Positions 60,665 through 64,000 of a DNA stretch of 64,000 nt are shown here, piece after piece. A model generated the notes under the pieces. The model worked only from the letters and a program-made list of their open reading frames with translations. It was not told where the DNA came from and searched no databases. Positions within the stretch are counted from its first letter, which is position 1. Every line of letters starts with the position of its first letter. The DNA comes from Candidatus Daviesbacteria bacterium (lineage in GTDB: Bacteria > Patescibacteriota > Microgenomatia > Daviesbacterales > UBA10151), in assembly GCA_016187025.1 (NCBI GenBank), contig JACPKM010000004.1:163637-227636 (forward strand), given 5' to 3'. A program made the position numbers and the translations under genes.

Positions 60665-61123
60665 ATGAAAAATCTTAACAAAAAAAGATTATTCTTCCCA
60701 GTCTTTCTAGCCCTAGCTTTAGGTACTTCCTGGATCTCTTACCAGAATGGTTTGAGCCAAGGTATGGAAGAGGCCAAATCTTTTCAACCAAAACAATCTG
60801 TTCTAGCCTCAAAGATAAGGATAGGGCCTGACTCTATAGTAAAAACCCAGCAGGCTTTAGCAGTGGGAAGAATCACCAATAAAGACAATGATGGTATTAC
60901 CTTGCGCGGTGAGGATGGAAAAGAATCTACCTTCAAACTCTCCCCTGATGTAAGTGTCTATACAAATTCCACTTCTTCAGCCTCTCCTCCTAAACCAACA
61001 AAAGAGAAAGCTGCAATTAAGCTAAACCAAAAGGCTATAATTGATTTACAACTTCAAGGAGAAGAATATTTAGTGATAAATATTTCATATATTCCAGAGG
61101 ATCCTACAGTAAAGAAACCATAG
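60665..61123 (+). CDS. Secreted or membrane-anchored hypothetical protein (beta-rich)
   Basis: ATG at 60665 lies 6 nt after TTGACT-N18-TACAAT; signal-like N-terminus. Confidence 0.65.
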   Translation: MKNLNKKRLFFPVFLALALGTSWISYQNGLSQGMEEAKSFQPKQSVLASKIRIGPDSIVKTQQALAVGRITNKDNDGITLRGEDGKESTFKLSPDVSVYTNSTSSASPPKPTKEKAAIKLNQKAIIDLQLQGEEYLVINISYIPEDPTVKKP

Positions 61124-61155
61124 GCTTGGGCTGAAAGAGTAAATATCGCTGGTTA

Positions 61156-62517
61156 TTATTTTTTAAAGAAAACTTTTCCATTTAAAATAAGCCATGCCCA
61201 AAGCGGTATAAATTCTATTATCTTTCCGTCTATTTTCTTCTTGTCAGCGTAGTTTTTCGTTAATATTATTCCTTTCTCTTTACCAAATTCGGCTAAACTT
61301 TCTATCATGCTTTCTATTTCCCGTTCATGTGGTTGGTCAGTATAGGAAACATTGAAAAACGCCAGATCTGGATTCATAGTAACAAAATCTATTTCTTTCT
61401 TCCCTTTCCAATAGTAAATAGCTGCGTTTTGTTTTCGAAGCTCCATATAGACTATATTTTCTGCACATTGGCCAAGGTCAGGCCGGAGAAGCGGTACATT
61501 AAAGTTTCTAAGGCCATTATCAACCATATAAATTTTTCTAGGCCGCTGAATATCTTGTGTTTCTTTGGTTTTATATGAAAAATGCTTACTTTCAAAAAAA
61601 AGGTAAGCCCGTTGAAAAAAATCAAGGTACGTTTTGGTAGTTTCAACAGAAAGCTTTTGTGGGTGAGAAAGACTGCTATAGGTATGTGTCTTGGTGAAAT
61701 CAGACATTATTTGAAGTCCTAATATCTCTACTTCTTGTTGGTTCCTGACTCCATTTGGTACGACAACATCACGGGTTACTGTATCCCGGTAGTAACTGGA
61801 AGCTAATTCCCGTTTTACTTCTTCATCTTCTGCTAAGACTATTTCCGGATAACCTCCTTCTTTAAGATAATTACCTAAATGATGGAGAATACTTGTTTGT
61901 TGGGGGAAGTTAGCTTGTCTCAAAGATTCTATACTTGCTTCCCCTTCTACTGCCACTCCTTTTATTGAGAGGTATTCATAAAAATTAAGAGGATAGACGT
62001 CTACTTGAACATTTCTTCCAGTCAATACTGTAGCTGATTCAGATTCAACCAGAGACTTTCTTGATCCAGAAAGAATAAACTTGATGGGTTCTTGCCTTTC
62101 GTATTTACTGCTTATCCAACGGTTAAACTCTTTAACACCCTGAATTTCGTCTAAGAATAAATAGACTTTGCCTTGTGGATTGTAGGTTTCTAAGTAGTAG
62201 TTTAGTAAATCCTCAACTAATTTCCAGCCTAAATTGAGGTATTGCTGTACTAAAATATCCTCTAAAAAGAGATAGACAACATTTTTAGCCGGAACATTCT
62301 TCCCGGCAATCAGGTGCTGCATTAATTGGTGCATAAGTGTTGATTTTCCAGCACGGCGTACACCTGTAAGCGTTATTACATGGCGAAGATCCATGAGTTT
62401 TTTTATCCGGTTAAGGTATTTCTCACGGGGAACGGTACTAACCCATTTTCCGCGGGAAGGATCAGTAAAGTGAGGATTCCAGGTCGTTAGAAGGGTATTT
62501 AGAACTTCTCTATCCAC
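61156..62517 (-). CDS. AAA+ ATPase with DUF4143/PD-(D/E)xK-like C-terminus
   Basis: GVRRAGKST, LFLDEIQ, LTGR, GGYPE, KIYMVDNG, AENIV, EIDF; GTG start at 62517 inferred from the promoter position. Confidence 0.85.
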   Translation of the reverse strand: MDREVLNTLLTTWNPHFTDPSRGKWVSTVPREKYLNRIKKLMDLRHVITLTGVRRAGKSTLMHQLMQHLIAGKNVPAKNVVYLFLEDILVQQYLNLGWKLVEDLLNYYLETYNPQGKVYLFLDEIQGVKEFNRWISSKYERQEPIKFILSGSRKSLVESESATVLTGRNVQVDVYPLNFYEYLSIKGVAVEGEASIESLRQANFPQQTSILHHLGNYLKEGGYPEIVLAEDEEVKRELASSYYRDTVTRDVVVPNGVRNQQEVEILGLQIMSDFTKTHTYSSLSHPQKLSVETTKTYLDFFQRAYLFFESKHFSYKTKETQDIQRPRKIYMVDNGLRNFNVPLLRPDLGQCAENIVYMELRKQNAAIYYWKGKKEIDFVTMNPDLAFFNVSYTDQPHEREIESMIESLAEFGKEKGIILTKNYADKKKIDGKIIEFIPLWAWLILNGKVFFKK

Positions 62518-62524
62518 AGAATAC

Positions 62525-62553
62525 ATTATACGCTATTGAGGCTAAATCGTCAA
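62525..62553 (-). promoter_or_regulatory. Sigma70 promoter of the AAA ATPase gene
   Basis: TTGACG-N17-TATAAT; an AAGGTTT/AAACCTT inverted repeat lies just upstream (62563-62583). Confidence 0.7.
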
Positions 62554-62586
62554 GTGTAATAGAAGGTTTATACATAAAACCTTACG

Positions 62587-62619
62587 TTATACTGGAAGGT
62601 TTTTACTTCTCTTAGACAT
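62587..62619 (-). pseudogene. Possible remnant of a HEPN (DUF86) toxin gene
   Basis: ATG overlapping the MNT stop reads MSKRSKNLPV*, at the usual position of the HepT partner and with a typical start. Confidence 0.35.
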
Positions 62620-62908
62620 AAGTTACTTCTTGTAAAACCTCTTGTCTGATTGCAGGTTTAAGTGCTTTTTTCGTCACCAAGTCAACTTTTTTACCGATAA
62701 TCTTACTCAGGAACTCCTCAAGTTCTATAAATTTAAAAAATCCTAAAGGCTCAGAAAACTCAACCAATACATCAACATCACTAGACTGTGTATTTTGTCC
62801 TCTTGCTACCGAGCCAAACACACCTATATCTTTAACGTTATAGGTATTTCTAAGAAAGTCTATATGTTTATTTATAATATTCTTGATCTGCTTTACATCT
62901 GTTCTCAT
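62612..62908 (-). CDS. Minimal nucleotidyltransferase (MntA-type antitoxin)
   Basis: GVFGSVARG....SDVDVLVEF and GKKVDLVT, 98 aa. Confidence 0.92.
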   Translation of the reverse strand: MRTDVKQIKNIINKHIDFLRNTYNVKDIGVFGSVARGQNTQSSDVDVLVEFSEPLGFFKFIELEEFLSKIIGKKVDLVTKKALKPAIRQEVLQEVTYV

Positions 62909-63084
62909 GTTCTAATTATACCCTAAATGTGGTATATTATGTAAAGGTGAATATGTACGTTATAGCCTGAATTGTAATTTAGCCTTAGGTAAGACTTAAA
63001 CTTGCAGTTTATCCATAGGTTAGAAAATAGTTATAACCGCAGGATAAATTTGTAATTTATCCTATAATATGATATATTAATCTA

Positions 63085-64000
63085 ATGTCAGATATAGAAC
63101 GGGGTGCGGGTAAAAAACCATATCCATTGACTACTAAAGAGTTAATTTTTTCCGGAATCCTGCCGGATTTACTAGATTCAGCTAAAAAGTGGATTCCAAG
63201 ACAACTGCCTTCCCTATCCACTGTTGCAGCCGGACTAGGCTATTTTGCCTCATCTGGGATAGTCCATGCAGACCAGACCATAACAGCCCCTTATTGCCAA
63301 CCTGGACAAAAACCTGAATTTGTCCTTGGTTTCAAATCTATTACTGATGCAGTTATAGAAGATACAGGTGATCCTGGCTCTGTGGGAGCTCCCCTGGAAT
63401 GTGAACATACCAACCCGGATAATGGGGATGCTTTGCAGAAAACAAGCACAGGGTTAACCTTTTATAGAAAATCCACCAATACCCCTACATTTACTAATGG
63501 ATATGACCATTGGGCTCTGGTAGCAAATGAGGGCCTTGTCAAATGGACAGGGGAAAGTATTGACCCGCCAGGCCTGGGTGCACTGCCAGGAGGACCAGGG
63601 GCAGTAGTATCTGAACCTCCCATTTGCAAACCATTTAACATATTCGATAGATCCCCATCTCTCAAAAGAAGGATCTTTTCTCCTGAGCAGATTACTGTTA
63701 TGGATAATATTGCCCTTAAAGGGACAGATGAAGATAGAAATTATATGAAACATCTTCTGGGTTTTGTTAAAAAAGACCCTGCTTCCTATGCTTTAGTTAC
63801 TAAAAATATTGTTTCATTAGAAATGGTAGATGTGGTAGATCCTACAGGCAGAAACACAACTCCTGATAATATCGTCGTTAATAGTAAACTTACAGAAGGG
63901 ACAACATCATTATCTCACAGATCCATGAACGCTGTTTCTTATAATGAAGCGGATGTTTTTGATAATGCAACAGCTCTGGTGATACGTGCGAAGTCTGCTG
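63085..64000 (+). CDS. Putative secreted protein (3' truncated by window edge)
   Basis: ORF translated by hand, open from ATG 63085 to the end: MSDIERGAG...IVHADQTITAPYCQPGQKPEFVLGF...PLECEH...NGDALQKTSTGLTFYRKSTNTPTFTNG...; absent from the ORF track because it has no stop in the window. Confidence 0.8.
   Translation, partial: MSDIERGAGKKPYPLTTKELIFSGILPDLLDSAKKWIPRQLPSLSTVAAGLGYFASSGIVHADQTITAPYCQPGQKPEFVLGFKSITDAVIEDTGDPGSVGAPLECEHTNPDNGDALQKTSTGLTFYRKSTNTPTFTNGYDHWALVANEGLVKWTGESIDPPGLGALPGGPGAVVSEPPICKPFNIFDRSPSLKRRIFSPEQITVMDNIALKGTDEDRNYMKHLLGFVKKDPASYALVTKNIVSLEMVDVVDPTGRNTTPDNIVVNSKLTEGTTSLSHRSMNAVSYNEADVFDNATALVIRAKSA

Noticed and set aside
62921-62947. TTATGTAAA as the XerD arm of a second dif site
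   Set aside because: No matching left arm; better explained as an AT-rich promoter-like sequence
63454-63753. Minus-strand ORFs near the window end
   Set aside because: Antisense to the long open + strand ORF starting at 63085

Overview
AT-rich bacterial chromosomal segment using standard code 11 (TGA is used as a stop). Gene content and style (type IV pilus pilB-pilT-pilC, a single Xer, cohesin and dockerin surface proteins, near-leaderless genes) suggest Patescibacteria/CPR, probably Microgenomates; this is an inference. Layout: (1) housekeeping block 1-14006 (efp, galU, lgt-like, DksA/TraR, Sua5-like, two-component pair, RluA, Kef, tgt, LCP, yebC); (2) a ~17.7 kb de novo purine cluster sitting between the normally adjacent yebC and ruvC, with a PurF-PurN fusion, two archaeal-type PurP paralogs, no purH/purO, an inverted purA, and embedded riboflavin kinase and synthase; (3) an ~800 bp structured intergenic region with REP-like hairpins, a palindromic dif-like site and a rod-shaped putative ncRNA; (4) a dockerin-bearing Cys-rich surface protein followed by two membrane-anchored cohesin proteins and a Xer recombinase; (5) an orphan kinase-like gene and a P-type ATPase; (6) gyrB and gyrA split by a peptidoglycan-precursor cassette; (7) pilus genes, an AAA/DUF4143 gene, an orphan MNT antitoxin with a toxin remnant and a partial secreted protein. 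Best candidates for undescribed biology: the non-cellulosomal cohesin-dockerin display locus, the archaeal-style purine island, and short palindromic elements apparently inserted in frame in efp, purL and xer. No rRNA, tRNA or CRISPR array was recognised. All family assignments are by eye from motifs; no searches were run.
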